The position numbers and the translations under genes are program-made. A stretch of DNA of 64,000 nucleotides from Thermoplasmata archaeon (lineage in GTDB: Archaea; Thermoplasmatota; Thermoplasmata; UBA10834): assembly GCA_029864565.1 (NCBI GenBank), contig JAOTTD010000001.1, positions 66,232 through 130,231 of the forward strand, given 5' to 3'. A model generated the notes under the pieces. It saw only the letters and a list, made by a program, of their open reading frames with translations. It was not told the origin of the DNA and did no database searches. Shown in pieces: positions 55,148 to 64,000 of the stretch (the first letter of the stretch is position 1; each line of letters begins with the position of its first letter).

Positions 55148-56218
55148 ATGGAGACCGCCATCATACTGTGCGAGGGTGGATTCGGCATGACGGCTGGCAA
55201 GACCGCGGCGGGACTTGTCAGGCACTCCCTCAGATTCAAAGTAGTAGGCATCATCGATAGCTTACAGGCTGGCAAGGACGCCGGTGAGGTGCTCGACGGA
55301 AAGAAGAACGGCATACCGATCTTCTCCTCTGTGAACGATGCGCTCGGGAAACTGCTGGAGAAGCCGGAGTTCATGATCATAGGCATCGCCACCATAGGCG
55401 GGATGCTTCCGGATGAGTTCAGACAGCCGGTGAGGGACTCGTTAGAGGGCGGCGTCAGCGTAATGTCTGGACTACATGAGTGGCTCGGCGACGACGAGGA
55501 ACTCAAGGCGCTCGCGGCCAAGAACGGCGTCAGGCTGATCGATGTCAGAAAGGAGCCGCCGTTGAGAAAGCTCCATAAGTACAAAGATCTCGCGCGAAAG
55601 CTGGATTGCATAAGGATACCCGTGCTGGGAACCGACGCCGCGATAGGCAAGCGGACCACGGCGATCGCCCTGGTCAAGGCGATGAACGAGCGCGGCGTCA
55701 AGACCTCATTCGTCGCGACAGGACAAACAGGCCTGATGCAAGGCTCGAAGTATGGCATACCACTCGATGCAATAAGGGGCGACTACGTCGTTGGCGAGCT
55801 CGAGAACGCGATTGTAACCGCTTACAACGAAGAGAAGCCCCAGCTCATTATCATCGAAGGACAGGGGGCCCTGAGTCATCCCGCGTATGTGACGGGGTCG
55901 AGGGCGATCGTCAGCGCCTCGCGGCCCCAGACGGTCGTGCTCCAGCACGCCCCCGGTAAGAAGTACAGGAGCTACACCGATGATGCGCCTCACCTGCCCG
56001 CGGGCACAGTTGAGCGCGAATCGGAGCTCATCAAGGTGTTCGGCGGCTGCGACGTCATAGGCATAACGATCAACCCTGAAAACATGACGAGGGAAGAGGC
56101 CGTCAGGACGATTGCGGAGTACGAGGAGAAGTACAAGCTCCCAGTATGCGATGTGCTGGTGGACGGCCCTGACAAGATCGCAGACGCGATCATCAAGCGT
56201 TTCTTTTCGAAGAATTGA
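55148..56218 (+). CDS. DUF1611 family protein (DgcN-like)
   Basis: GKTAAGL, SGLHEWL, LIDVRK, GTDAAIGKRTT, ATGQTG, IEGQGALSHPAY. Confidence 0.85.
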   Translation: METAIILCEGGFGMTAGKTAAGLVRHSLRFKVVGIIDSLQAGKDAGEVLDGKKNGIPIFSSVNDALGKLLEKPEFMIIGIATIGGMLPDEFRQPVRDSLEGGVSVMSGLHEWLGDDEELKALAAKNGVRLIDVRKEPPLRKLHKYKDLARKLDCIRIPVLGTDAAIGKRTTAIALVKAMNERGVKTSFVATGQTGLMQGSKYGIPLDAIRGDYVVGELENAIVTAYNEEKPQLIIIEGQGALSHPAYVTGSRAIVSASRPQTVVLQHAPGKKYRSYTDDAPHLPAGTVERESELIKVFGGCDVIGITINPENMTREEAVRTIAEYEEKYKLPVCDVLVDGPDKIADAIIKRFFSKN

Positions 56219-57026
56219 TGAGCTCGAGGAAGGCGTCCGAAAGCTCGCCTATCTCTGCGGGCGTGAGCTGCTCTGCGCGGCTTGACGCGTAGGGAAGGCC
56301 TGCGAACGAGGGAGTCTCGACGCCCGACAGATAGGCCAGCGACGCGGAGTCGTTCGCGAGGGCGTTCATCACTTTCTTTCTTCGATGCGAGAAGATGGCC
56401 TTGGTCACGTCGTGAAACACCCTCTCGTCAGCAACGGTGAATGCCGGCTTGCGCGGAGTAAGCATCACGACGCTCGAATTCACCCCTGGCTGAGGCCAGA
56501 ACGACGCCTTCGACACATTGAACGCAATCTCGCAACGGGCACGGTAGTGAACGCCAACCGTCAATCGGCCGTAGTCTCGCGTTCCTGGGCCCGCGACCAT
56601 GCGCTCGGCAAACTCTCGTTGCACCATCAGCACGGCCATGTCGAATCCCAGCTCAAGAAGTTTGAACGTCATCGGAGAGGATATCTGATAAGGCAGGTTG
56701 GCGACGACCTTGTCGAACTCGGGCAGGAAGGCTTTGACAGCGTCCGCATGCAGGAGCGATATGCGCTGGCCGAATCTGCGCTCGAGAAACCTACAGAAGG
56801 CGGAGTCTGCCTCAACCGCCACGACCTCGGCGCCAGCGGACAAGATCGCCTCGGTCAGATTGCCAATACCAGGACCTACCTCGAGGACTCTCTCTCCTGG
56901 CTTTATGTGCGCTAGCGCGACCTGGCGTGTGATGACCCTGTCGTCGATCAGAAAATGCTGCCCAAGCCTCCTGGACGGGCGCTTGCCCATCGATTCCAGT
57001 ATCGTCTTGACTTCTTGAACCCTCAT
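56193..57026 (-). CDS. rsmA: 16S rRNA adenine dimethyltransferase
   Basis: LGQHFL, LEVGPGIG, ANLPYQIS, QREFAER, FWPQP. Confidence 0.96.
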   Translation of the reverse strand: MRVQEVKTILESMGKRPSRRLGQHFLIDDRVITRQVALAHIKPGERVLEVGPGIGNLTEAILSAGAEVVAVEADSAFCRFLERRFGQRISLLHADAVKAFLPEFDKVVANLPYQISSPMTFKLLELGFDMAVLMVQREFAERMVAGPGTRDYGRLTVGVHYRARCEIAFNVSKASFWPQPGVNSSVVMLTPRKPAFTVADERVFHDVTKAIFSHRRKKVMNALANDSASLAYLSGVETPSFAGLPYASSRAEQLTPAEIGELSDAFLELINSSKRNA

Positions 57027-57051
57027 GTCGAAGCGCACTCCTTAGGGCGCA

Positions 57052-57600
57052 TCATCTCGACACGAACAGCCTGTATTTCTCGTTCGGATTCGCGAGCTCT
57101 TCCTCAATCCTCTTAGCGATGAGCTTGTCGACCTGATGGGCCATGGGCACGCGCTTGCCGATGTCCTCGAAATCCTTGAAGGCGCCCTTCTTGCGCTCCT
57201 CGATTATGCTCCACATCGTCTTCTTCCCCAGGCCAGGAAGCAGCTCGAGCATGTGGAATCTCGTCGTTATCGATTGGGCCTCGTTGAAGAACTTCACGAA
57301 CCTTGGCTCGTTCGTCTTGATGACGTCCATGACGATGTAAGGCGTCTCGCTTTGGGCAGCGTTCGTCAGTTCGTCATAGCCTATCCTGCGCTTCACATGC
57401 AGTATCTCCTGCCTGAGGTCGAGGTCCTTGCCTATGTAAACCCTGTCGCCTATCATCAGCTTCGAATCTGGCCTCGGCACAAGTTCGAACAGCTTGAACT
57501 GAGACTCGCCAAGGGCGTACGCCACGGGCTCCCGCTTGAACTTGCGTTCATCAGGCAGCCCCTGGGGCAAGTAGTCTAGAATGCGTGCGTAGTCCTCCAA
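57052..57600 (-). CDS. DUF655 putative RNA-binding protein
   Basis: EDYARILDYLP, GDRVYIG, HMLELLPGLGKK (HhH), KYRLF; conserved position between rpo4 and rsmA. Confidence 0.92.
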   Translation of the reverse strand: MEDYARILDYLPQGLPDERKFKREPVAYALGESQFKLFELVPRPDSKLMIGDRVYIGKDLDLRQEILHVKRRIGYDELTNAAQSETPYIVMDVIKTNEPRFVKFFNEAQSITTRFHMLELLPGLGKKTMWSIIEERKKGAFKDFEDIGKRVPMAHQVDKLIAKRIEEELANPNEKYRLFVSR

Positions 57601-57620
57601 AGAAAATCCCCCCGGGCTTG

Positions 57621-57941
57621 TCAGAGATACTTCTCTACTACACTAAGTATCTTTTCGATGTCCTTCTTCTCCAAGTTCACGCGTTCCTTGGCGAATATGA
57701 CCCTCACGTCGTCGGCATGCGCGGGCATGATGTCAGCTATCTTGACGGCGTTAGGTTCAGTAACGAAGCCCAGCTCACCAAGCTCCTTCACGAGCTTCTT
57801 GACCTTCTTCAATTCCAACCTGGAGAACTTCTGGCAGTGCTCAAGAGCGAGCTTCTGCTCGGGCGTGAGTTCCTGCTCCTCCTGTCTCCGCGTCAGAATC
57901 TCCTTGACATCGGCCAATGCGGCCATCTTCTTGTCTTCCAT
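57621..57941 (-). CDS. rpo4: RNA polymerase subunit Rpo4 (RpoF)
   Basis: EQKLALEH, KIADIMP..DDVRVIF; downstream of rpl21e. Confidence 0.93.
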   Translation of the reverse strand: MEDKKMAALADVKEILTRRQEEQELTPEQKLALEHCQKFSRLELKKVKKLVKELGELGFVTEPNAVKIADIMPAHADDVRVIFAKERVNLEKKDIEKILSVVEKYL

Positions 57942-57959
57942 GAAAAACACCAGCTCTGC

Positions 57960-58253
57960 TCAGGCCGCCTTGCTAAGGTGTTCAGGCTTGACGATTATGC
58001 GCTTGGTTTTCCCACCATCGCGCACATCGAGTACATATGCGTTCCCCTGCTTTCCCACTACGACGCCAGTCCTGCCGTGGAATTTCACGTGCGGCAGGCC
58101 CTTGTGAATGCTTGGATCGAGACGGACGTTCGCCTTCTCTCCGACTTCGAACTTCTGGAACGTCCTGGTGATTGTGGAGAGTCCTCTATCCCTAGCGCGC
58201 TTCTGCATGACATTCCGCGTCCTGCGCCGTCCTCCCTTCGAAGCCTTGGCCAT
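57960..58253 (-). CDS. rpl21e: 50S ribosomal protein eL21
   Basis: DPSIHKGLPH..FHGRTG, GGKTK..IVKPEHL. Confidence 0.98.
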   Translation of the reverse strand: MAKASKGGRRRTRNVMQKRARDRGLSTITRTFQKFEVGEKANVRLDPSIHKGLPHVKFHGRTGVVVGKQGNAYVLDVRDGGKTKRIIVKPEHLSKAA

Positions 58254-58257
58254 GTAT

Positions 58258-59475
58258 TCAAACTCCCTTGTCTCCGACCCATATCACATCGAGCTCTGTG
58301 ACCTCACAGGGCACACCTACGATCTCCGCCACGCTTGGCTTCGTGCGGCCATCGTCCCCGTGCATCAGCTCCTTTATGTAGGTGCCGCTGTCCGCCTCGA
58401 CAACGATCACGGCGTCGCGGCCGTTGACCGTTTCGATCTCCACGCTGCGGACGGTCCTCGTCCGTTCAAGGTTCGCCCGTCGATGGGCCACCCTGTTTGG
58501 GGTGAGCTGACATATAGGTTTTTCGGCCAATACACGAACTATATCATTAAGCTTTCTGTGGTCGATATCGGTCTGGAAGCGCACTCGTACCCTGTAGGTT
58601 TTCGGACTGGAGGCCTCCTTGATGCCCCTGACCTCGTCCCTGGAGGACCGCCTCAGCCCTGTTACATCAACGGCCCCTTCGGCAGAGTCGTTTATCTCCT
58701 GCTCCACGGCCTCAAGGTCGATTGACCGCTTCCTCGGGCGCCTGACCTCGACCACAAAAGGCCTGCCGTTTCCAAGCATCAAGGCGTCTATGTCCTCTCT
58801 GCCCATACCGTGGAAGAACTCCCCCTCACCTTCGGCGTGTCGCACGACGATCGGGCCAATGAGCTCCTGGACGCTCGAGTCATACATCTTGCCCTTGCCG
58901 TCGCACCTCGGACATCCCTTTCCCCTGCAATCCCGGCAGAGCCATCGCGTCTGAGGGATCTTTCTGGAGTACTTCCTGTACCGTCCGTAGACAAACAGAG
59001 GCGCGACGTCCGTCGTTACCCTGTCGAACATCGTATCGATGAGAAACACCAGGTCTGGGCTGCCGAATTCCACAGGGATGCCGAGTGACGATTCGAGCGA
59101 CTTACCGATCTCTCGATTCATCTCGCTCTTGATGGACTCCGTCTCATGAGCGCCGGTGTCCACCCACGCCTGCTCTTCCGCCTCGATGATGTCCACATCT
59201 ATCTTCGATCCCACGAGGAAGTTCGAGTGTTCGAATGGCTGTGACGCACGTGAAGCCAGGATGGCAAACTTGTCGACCTCCGAGAACAGCCCTCGACATA
59301 TTGCGCACTCATCGTCTATAGGGGGTCGGCCGCCATGTGCGGATATGAATCTGACAATCGCACCTCTCTGCGCATTGGACAACCCAGTGGAAACCGTCGC
59401 GAACAGCCTTCCAAGGCAGTGGTTGCACAAGGGGCGCTCAAGCGCTCGCCCTGCGATCTCAAGCCTTTCTGACAT
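58258..59475 (-). CDS. pus10: tRNA pseudouridine(54/55) synthase Pus10
   Basis: CNHCLGR, GRYRK..R.IPQTRW, GREDID (catalytic Asp), TPNRVAHRR, GTYIKEL.HGD.GRT. Confidence 0.96.
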   Translation of the reverse strand: MSERLEIAGRALERPLCNHCLGRLFATVSTGLSNAQRGAIVRFISAHGGRPPIDDECAICRGLFSEVDKFAILASRASQPFEHSNFLVGSKIDVDIIEAEEQAWVDTGAHETESIKSEMNREIGKSLESSLGIPVEFGSPDLVFLIDTMFDRVTTDVAPLFVYGRYRKYSRKIPQTRWLCRDCRGKGCPRCDGKGKMYDSSVQELIGPIVVRHAEGEGEFFHGMGREDIDALMLGNGRPFVVEVRRPRKRSIDLEAVEQEINDSAEGAVDVTGLRRSSRDEVRGIKEASSPKTYRVRVRFQTDIDHRKLNDIVRVLAEKPICQLTPNRVAHRRANLERTRTVRSVEIETVNGRDAVIVVEADSGTYIKELMHGDDGRTKPSVAEIVGVPCEVTELDVIWVGDKGV

Positions 59476-59543
59476 AATGCGGGCAGATGGACGCTTAGCG
59501 GGTATTTATCGTTATCTAACCGGCTGTCCGACATGGGAGTGCA

Positions 59544-60086
59544 TCACATGCCGACGCACTCGAAGTGCTCCTTCGAATAAGTCCACAGAGGCTCCTCGTC
59601 CTCGAAAGCGACTGTGTCTACCCACTTAGACAACGCGGGACCAAGCGCGTTGGCCAATTCGACCAAGTCGAAATCCCTAGCGCTCTGGTCGTATACGAGA
59701 TAGCTGACGAACACCGGCTTCCCCTTGACCTCGTCCTCCTGAAACGAGAACAGAATCCTCGCCCTGGCGATCCCTTCTAGCTCGTAGACCTCTCCGACGA
59801 AGGAGAGGTCCTTCCCATGGCCCCCCGATATCTCAAGCCTGTTGACTTCGTCGAGTCCGCCTTCGTTGAGTATCCAGTTCATCTTGCCCTTGTATGTGCC
59901 AATGTCGAACTGGGATGGCGACATTTCCAGCTTCTTGCCGGTAGCGAGCGCCATGCGGGTCCACACGCGCAGGAACGCGTGCGCGACGAGCGATCTGACG
60001 AGGTCGAGGCCCTCGAGACCGGCGACAGCTACCGGCTGGATGGCACCCATGTCCGCTTTGATTTGCTGTCGAATATCCTGAGACAT
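59544..60086 (-). CDS. Hypothetical protein
   Basis: 180-aa ORF co-oriented between dim2 and pus10; no recognised motif. Confidence 0.7.
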   Translation of the reverse strand: MSQDIRQQIKADMGAIQPVAVAGLEGLDLVRSLVAHAFLRVWTRMALATGKKLEMSPSQFDIGTYKGKMNWILNEGGLDEVNRLEISGGHGKDLSFVGEVYELEGIARARILFSFQEDEVKGKPVFVSYLVYDQSARDFDLVELANALGPALSKWVDTVAFEDEEPLWTYSKEHFECVGM

Positions 60087-60148
60087 CCGGCCTGAAATAT
60101 GCCCATGTCATATAAGAATCGTGCTGGCGGCGGGCACGAAGCTGCAGG

Positions 60149-60694
60149 TCAGAAGCCCATTCCGTCAATCTTGATCTCCACTCTCTTGCTCTCGAGGAAA
60201 CGGTACACGGCCGAGTGCTCGCTGCCAGACAGCAGCATGTCCAGCGCCCTCCTCGCAATGTCAAGTTTGAGTGTGTCGCCGATCAGAGCGACCGTATTGC
60301 CGTAGACGCTCATGTAGACCCCTGTCAACTCCTCGAACAGCCTGCGGGTCTTGCCCTTCGTGCCTATCACACGCGCACGCATCCGAGCGACATGGGCGGG
60401 CTTCTTGCCCACATAATCCCTTATGTCGATGACCTCGAGATACCAATCGTCATCCAGGACCAGCATGGCTTTCTCGGGCGAGAAGCCACGGCCGATGGCC
60501 GTTATGAAATCCATGACTGATAGCACCGCTGACGGATCCTCAGCCTTGGAGTAATCGACGGTCACGTCACCCTCCTCCGAGTCCACGAGCATCTTTACAC
60601 CCGTCTGATTCTCCACCTTGGCCTTGACCCCACCGTCCTTGCCGATGAGGACTCCGATGCGCTCCCTGGGCACCTTGACCGATTGCCGAGTCAT
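60149..60694 (-). CDS. KH-domain pre-rRNA processing protein (Dim2/Pno1)
   Basis: IGVLIGKDG, AIGRGFSPE, RVIGTKGKTR, GSEHSAVY. Confidence 0.93.
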   Translation of the reverse strand: MTRQSVKVPRERIGVLIGKDGGVKAKVENQTGVKMLVDSEEGDVTVDYSKAEDPSAVLSVMDFITAIGRGFSPEKAMLVLDDDWYLEVIDIRDYVGKKPAHVARMRARVIGTKGKTRRLFEELTGVYMSVYGNTVALIGDTLKLDIARRALDMLLSGSEHSAVYRFLESKRVEIKIDGMGF

Positions 60695-61470
60695 CGCTTC
60701 CTTATCTCCCGGAGCTCGCGTTCCACATCGATGCTCAAACCGTACCTTCTGAAAAACCTTGCGATGTTCGACATGTCTCTGACAAGTAGTTCGTCCGCCA
60801 GCGGATGCTCCAGGAGCACGGATTGGCCAACATCGATTATCACGGGCTCGTCGCCGTTCATGAGCACGTTATATTCACTCAGGTCTCCATGTACGATCTC
60901 GGCCTTCTGGTACGCCCGCCTGGCGTGACCTAGAATGATCTCCGCAACCCCGACGGGGCTATCGAGCTTCACATCCTTCATCATGGGGGCGGGGCCGGAA
61001 TCCGAGCCGATGAATTCCATGACAATCATGTTACAGTGACATGCAACGGGCACGGGAACCCTCACGCCGGCGTCATGGAGCCTCTGGAGGTTCCTGTACT
61101 CTTTCGACGACCAGGTCATTATCAGCTTTCGCCTGTTGCGTGAGACGCCCTTGAATCGCGGGTCGCCCGCGATGTATTTGGCCATGTCCTTGAAAGTGGC
61201 CGTCGAAGTCCTGTATATCTTCAGTGCCAGGGGCGTTCCATCCGAGGTGGTGGCCCTGAACACGTTGCCCTCCTTTCCAGTCGATATCGGGTAATCAATC
61301 TGGTCGATGACCCCATCGGAGAACAGCTTGTATATTCGCATGAGGTTCTGCCTGTCGAAGACCTCGTCGTAAGTCTTCCGATCGTCTGAATCCTTTCTCC
61401 GCATCCTCCAGGAATCGCGCTCCTGCTCTAGCTTCCTCTCAAACTCCCGGAAACCAACACCACGATCCAA
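60691..61470 (-). CDS. rio1: RIO1 serine protein kinase/ATPase
   Basis: STGKEGNV, KIYR, GDPRF, KEYRNL, HGDLSEYN, IDVGQ. Confidence 0.95.
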   Translation of the reverse strand: MDRGVGFREFERKLEQERDSWRMRRKDSDDRKTYDEVFDRQNLMRIYKLFSDGVIDQIDYPISTGKEGNVFRATTSDGTPLALKIYRTSTATFKDMAKYIAGDPRFKGVSRNRRKLIMTWSSKEYRNLQRLHDAGVRVPVPVACHCNMIVMEFIGSDSGPAPMMKDVKLDSPVGVAEIILGHARRAYQKAEIVHGDLSEYNVLMNGDEPVIIDVGQSVLLEHPLADELLVRDMSNIARFFRRYGLSIDVERELREIRKR

Positions 61471-61491
61471 GGCGAAGCACCCTCGCGGCCC

Positions 61492-61863
61492 TCAGAATAT
61501 GTCTATCGACTTGGGAATCATCTTCTTCCTGCTGAGGTACATAGCCTGGGTCTTGGTGTACCTGTATAGGATGTTCGCCTTCTCATCCTGGAACTCCCAC
61601 GGTTGGACTATGACCAGGTCGCCCTCCCTGATCCACATGCGCTTCTTAATCTTGCCAGGTATGCGCCCCATCCTGTGCTTTCCGTCTGCGCACATCACTC
61701 TGATCCTCGAAGCGCCGAGCAGCTGGTCAGCTATGCCGAACATCTCGCCGTCCTTCCGTCGCGGCAGACGCACCCTGACGTAGCCCGTGTCGTCCTCGCC
61801 GCCTATGACGACTCCGTCGCCTTCCCTTGATAACCTATCCTCGATACGTGGCAAGTGATTCAA
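61492..61863 (-). CDS. eif1a: Translation initiation factor aIF-1A (start TTG 61863 or ATA 61806)
   Basis: [44 protein letters not shown]. Confidence 0.95.
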   Translation of the reverse strand: MNHLPRIEDRLSREGDGVVIGGEDDTGYVRVRLPRRKDGEMFGIADQLLGASRIRVMCADGKHRMGRIPGKIKKRMWIREGDLVIVQPWEFQDEKANILYRYTKTQAMYLSRKKMIPKSIDIF

Positions 61864-62067
61864 CCGACAGTCGAAGTAATATTGTGCGTGTACTTAAGGC
61901 TAATGGGATTCGGAGGACGTGTCCAGACACTTCGATTGCCCTAATTCTGCGCGGTCCCGGCCGAGGCATAATGTCCGAAATCGGACAAGGCGCTCGCCGC
62001 GCTGTTTGTAGCGTGTCACCACCCCCTTATACACGCACGAGCCTCAGACGGATTCAAGGCGAGATAC

Positions 62068-63348
62068 ATGAAAAGCCCTTCGAAAGGAAAGGAGCAGAAG
62101 AAGATTCTGCTCGCGTACTCCGGCGGCCTGGACACGTCAGTGGCAATCCACTGGCTGAAGCAGAAGTACGGCTGCGAGGTTGTCGCCGTGACCGTGGATG
62201 TCGGTCAATCGGACGACCTCAAGGAGGCCATGAGGAGGGCTAAGGCGATCGGCGCTTCGCGGGCGTGGGTGATTGACGCCAAGAAGGAGTTCGCGGAGGA
62301 CTACATAATCCCCGCGCTGAAGGCGAACGCCCTCTACGAGGGCAACTACCCGCTCGGCACTGCTCTGGCGCGGCCGTTGATGGTTGAGCGACTGGTCACG
62401 ATGGCTCGCAGGCTGGGAGCGGACACGATAGCCCACGGTTGCACTGGTAAAGGAAACGACCAAGTCAGGTTCGAGGTCTCGATCATGGCGCTCGCTCCCG
62501 ACATCACGATATTGGCGCCTACCAGAGACTGGAACATGTCGAGAGACGAGGAGATAGAGTACGCAAAGGAGCACGACATCCCCATCCCTGTCACTTGCGA
62601 GGCGCCATATAGCATCGACGAGAGCGTCTGGAGCCGGGCAATAGAGTGCGGCGTCCTGGAGGATCCGTGGCAAGAGCCGCCAGAGGCCATCTTCGAGTGG
62701 ACGAAGGGAATCGAGTCCTCACCGAACGCACCTGAGTACGTGGAGCTCGGGTTCTGCGAAGGGGTGCCTGTGAGCCTCAACGGCGTCACGATGGAGCCTC
62801 TTGAGTTGGTCACCGCTCTGAACGAGATCGCGGGCAACCATGGAGTCGGCAGAATAGACCACATCGAGAACCGGCTCGTCGGCATCAAATCGAGAGAGGT
62901 ATACGAGGCGCCAGCAGCGATAGTCCTGACAAAAGCACATCAGGACATAGAAAGCCTCGTCATGCCCAAGGACCTCATGCATTACAAGAGGGCGATGGAG
63001 CAGCACTACGCCAACCTCGTATATGATGGGCTGTGGTTCTCTCCGCTACGTCGCGCGATGGACGCATTCATTGAAGAGACTCAGGAGAACGTGACGGGCA
63101 TTGTCAAGATCAAGCTGTTCAAGGGCAGTGCGGTGGTCGTGGGAAGAGAATCGGCGCACTCGCTGTACAGCACAGACTTGTCGACCTACGAGAAGTCGGA
63201 CGAATTCGACCACTCAGCTGCGAAGGGGTTCATCTACGTGTGGGGACTGCCCCTGAAGGTCGCAGGCGTGGTCAACTCGACCAAGAACGGGAATGGTGTC
63301 TTGAATGAAATCGCGGTCAAAGAGGAATACTCGAGCGTCTGCAAGTGA
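62068..63348 (+). CDS. argG: Argininosuccinate synthase
   Basis: AYSGGLDTS, HGCTGKGNDQVRFE, YSIDES.W, ENRLVGIKSREVYEAP. Confidence 0.98.
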   Translation: MKSPSKGKEQKKILLAYSGGLDTSVAIHWLKQKYGCEVVAVTVDVGQSDDLKEAMRRAKAIGASRAWVIDAKKEFAEDYIIPALKANALYEGNYPLGTALARPLMVERLVTMARRLGADTIAHGCTGKGNDQVRFEVSIMALAPDITILAPTRDWNMSRDEEIEYAKEHDIPIPVTCEAPYSIDESVWSRAIECGVLEDPWQEPPEAIFEWTKGIESSPNAPEYVELGFCEGVPVSLNGVTMEPLELVTALNEIAGNHGVGRIDHIENRLVGIKSREVYEAPAAIVLTKAHQDIESLVMPKDLMHYKRAMEQHYANLVYDGLWFSPLRRAMDAFIEETQENVTGIVKIKLFKGSAVVVGRESAHSLYSTDLSTYEKSDEFDHSAAKGFIYVWGLPLKVAGVVNSTKNGNGVLNEIAVKEEYSSVCK

Positions 63349-64000
63349 CGAGTTCCTCGGATTCACCTCCTCTGTCGCAATCGACAGCAGGCTGTGGCGC
63401 CACGATATAGCGGGCAGCCTGGCGCATGCCCAGTCACTAGCTGAGGCGGACATCATATCGAAAGGCGACATGGAGAAGATCGCAGAAGGGCTCAGGAGGA
63501 TCGCTGCGGACATAAGGTCTGGCAGATTCGAATTCGATCCGACCTTCGAGGATCTGCACATGAACCTCGAGCATTCGCTGACGGCGCTGATAGGCGACGC
63601 CGGCGCGAGGTTGCATACTGGCAGGAGCAGGAACGACCAGGTCGCTCTCGACATGAGACTTTACGTCCGGGAGGGCATAGCTGAACTGATCGGGGAGACG
63701 TTACAGCTCCAGGAGACGCTAATACGAAGATCGGGCGATGGCATGGACGCCATACTCCCGGGCTATACGCACCTCCAACACGGCCAGCCAGTGCTGCTGT
63801 CTCATCACCTCCTATCCCATTTCTGGAAGCTTCAGCGCGACATACAGAGATTCTCGGACTGCTATAAACGTACGAACCTGTCGCCTCTTGGATCCGGCGC
63901 ACTCGCCGGAACCGCGTTTCCGATAGAGAGGGCGACCGCGGCGAACTTGCTGCGCATGCGCGGGGTCACGGAGAATTCTTTGGACGCAGTCTCAGACAGG
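63305..64000 (+). CDS. argH: Argininosuccinate lyase, 3' end outside window
   Basis: ATG 63305: MKSRSK...FTSSVAIDSRL..HDIAGSLAHA, EDLHMNLE, LHTGRSRNDQVALD, PGYTHLQHGQP, SPLGSGALAGT. Confidence 0.96.
   Translation, partial: MKSRSKRNTRASASDEFLGFTSSVAIDSRLWRHDIAGSLAHAQSLAEADIISKGDMEKIAEGLRRIAADIRSGRFEFDPTFEDLHMNLEHSLTALIGDAGARLHTGRSRNDQVALDMRLYVREGIAELIGETLQLQETLIRRSGDGMDAILPGYTHLQHGQPVLLSHHLLSHFWKLQRDIQRFSDCYKRTNLSPLGSGALAGTAFPIERATAANLLRMRGVTENSLDAVSDR

Noticed and set aside
61884-62038. Inverted 9-mer TACACGCAC following TATA-like boxes of the divergent eif1a and argG promoters
   Set aside because: Short, only two copies, and no functional link between the genes; indistinguishable from chance without comparative data.
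1-64000. CRISPR arrays, tRNA/rRNA genes, IS elements, selenocysteine readthrough
   Set aside because: By eye I found no regularly spaced repeats, cloverleaf or rRNA signatures, transposase/integrase motifs, or gene broken by an in-frame TGA at a catalytic Cys; tRNAscan and Infernal would be needed to exclude small RNAs.

Overview
Archaeal chromosomal window with fairly high GC. Archaeal markers include TBP, eL15, eL21, Rpo4, Pus10, Rio1, aIF-1A and a family-B polymerase; the overall style suggests Thermoplasmatota, possibly a relative of Methanomassiliicoccales (inference). Layout: (1) 1-23 kb is a protein-scavenging region with two clostripain-family peptidases, a large S8 protease, two M28 peptidases, a complete Opp/Dpp ABC importer, a secreted PHP hydrolase and an aguB-aguA pair. 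(2) 23-50 kb is accessory amine/amino-acid metabolism: Pyl-free MttB and MtmB homologues, a DDAH-like amidinohydrolase directly upstream of the mtmB homologue, a saccharopine/carboxyspermidine dehydrogenase-family enzyme, AOR, two class III aminotransferases and MmsA. It also holds a membrane-tethered wHTH regulator/beta-propeller locus with a perfect 20-bp palindrome, an orphan M.MthZI-like DNA methyltransferase and an ABC-2 permease carrying PKD domains. (3) 50-64 kb is housekeeping: rpl15e with a structured leader, polB, ychF, the rsmA-DUF655-rpo4-rpl21e-pus10 and dim2-rio1-eif1a clusters, and argG-argH. I saw no CRISPR array, tRNA/rRNA gene, transposase or integrase. The best candidate for an undescribed system is the DDAH + Pyl-free MtmB pair, which could harvest methyl groups from methylated arginine. 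Family assignments come from recalled motifs, not database searches.
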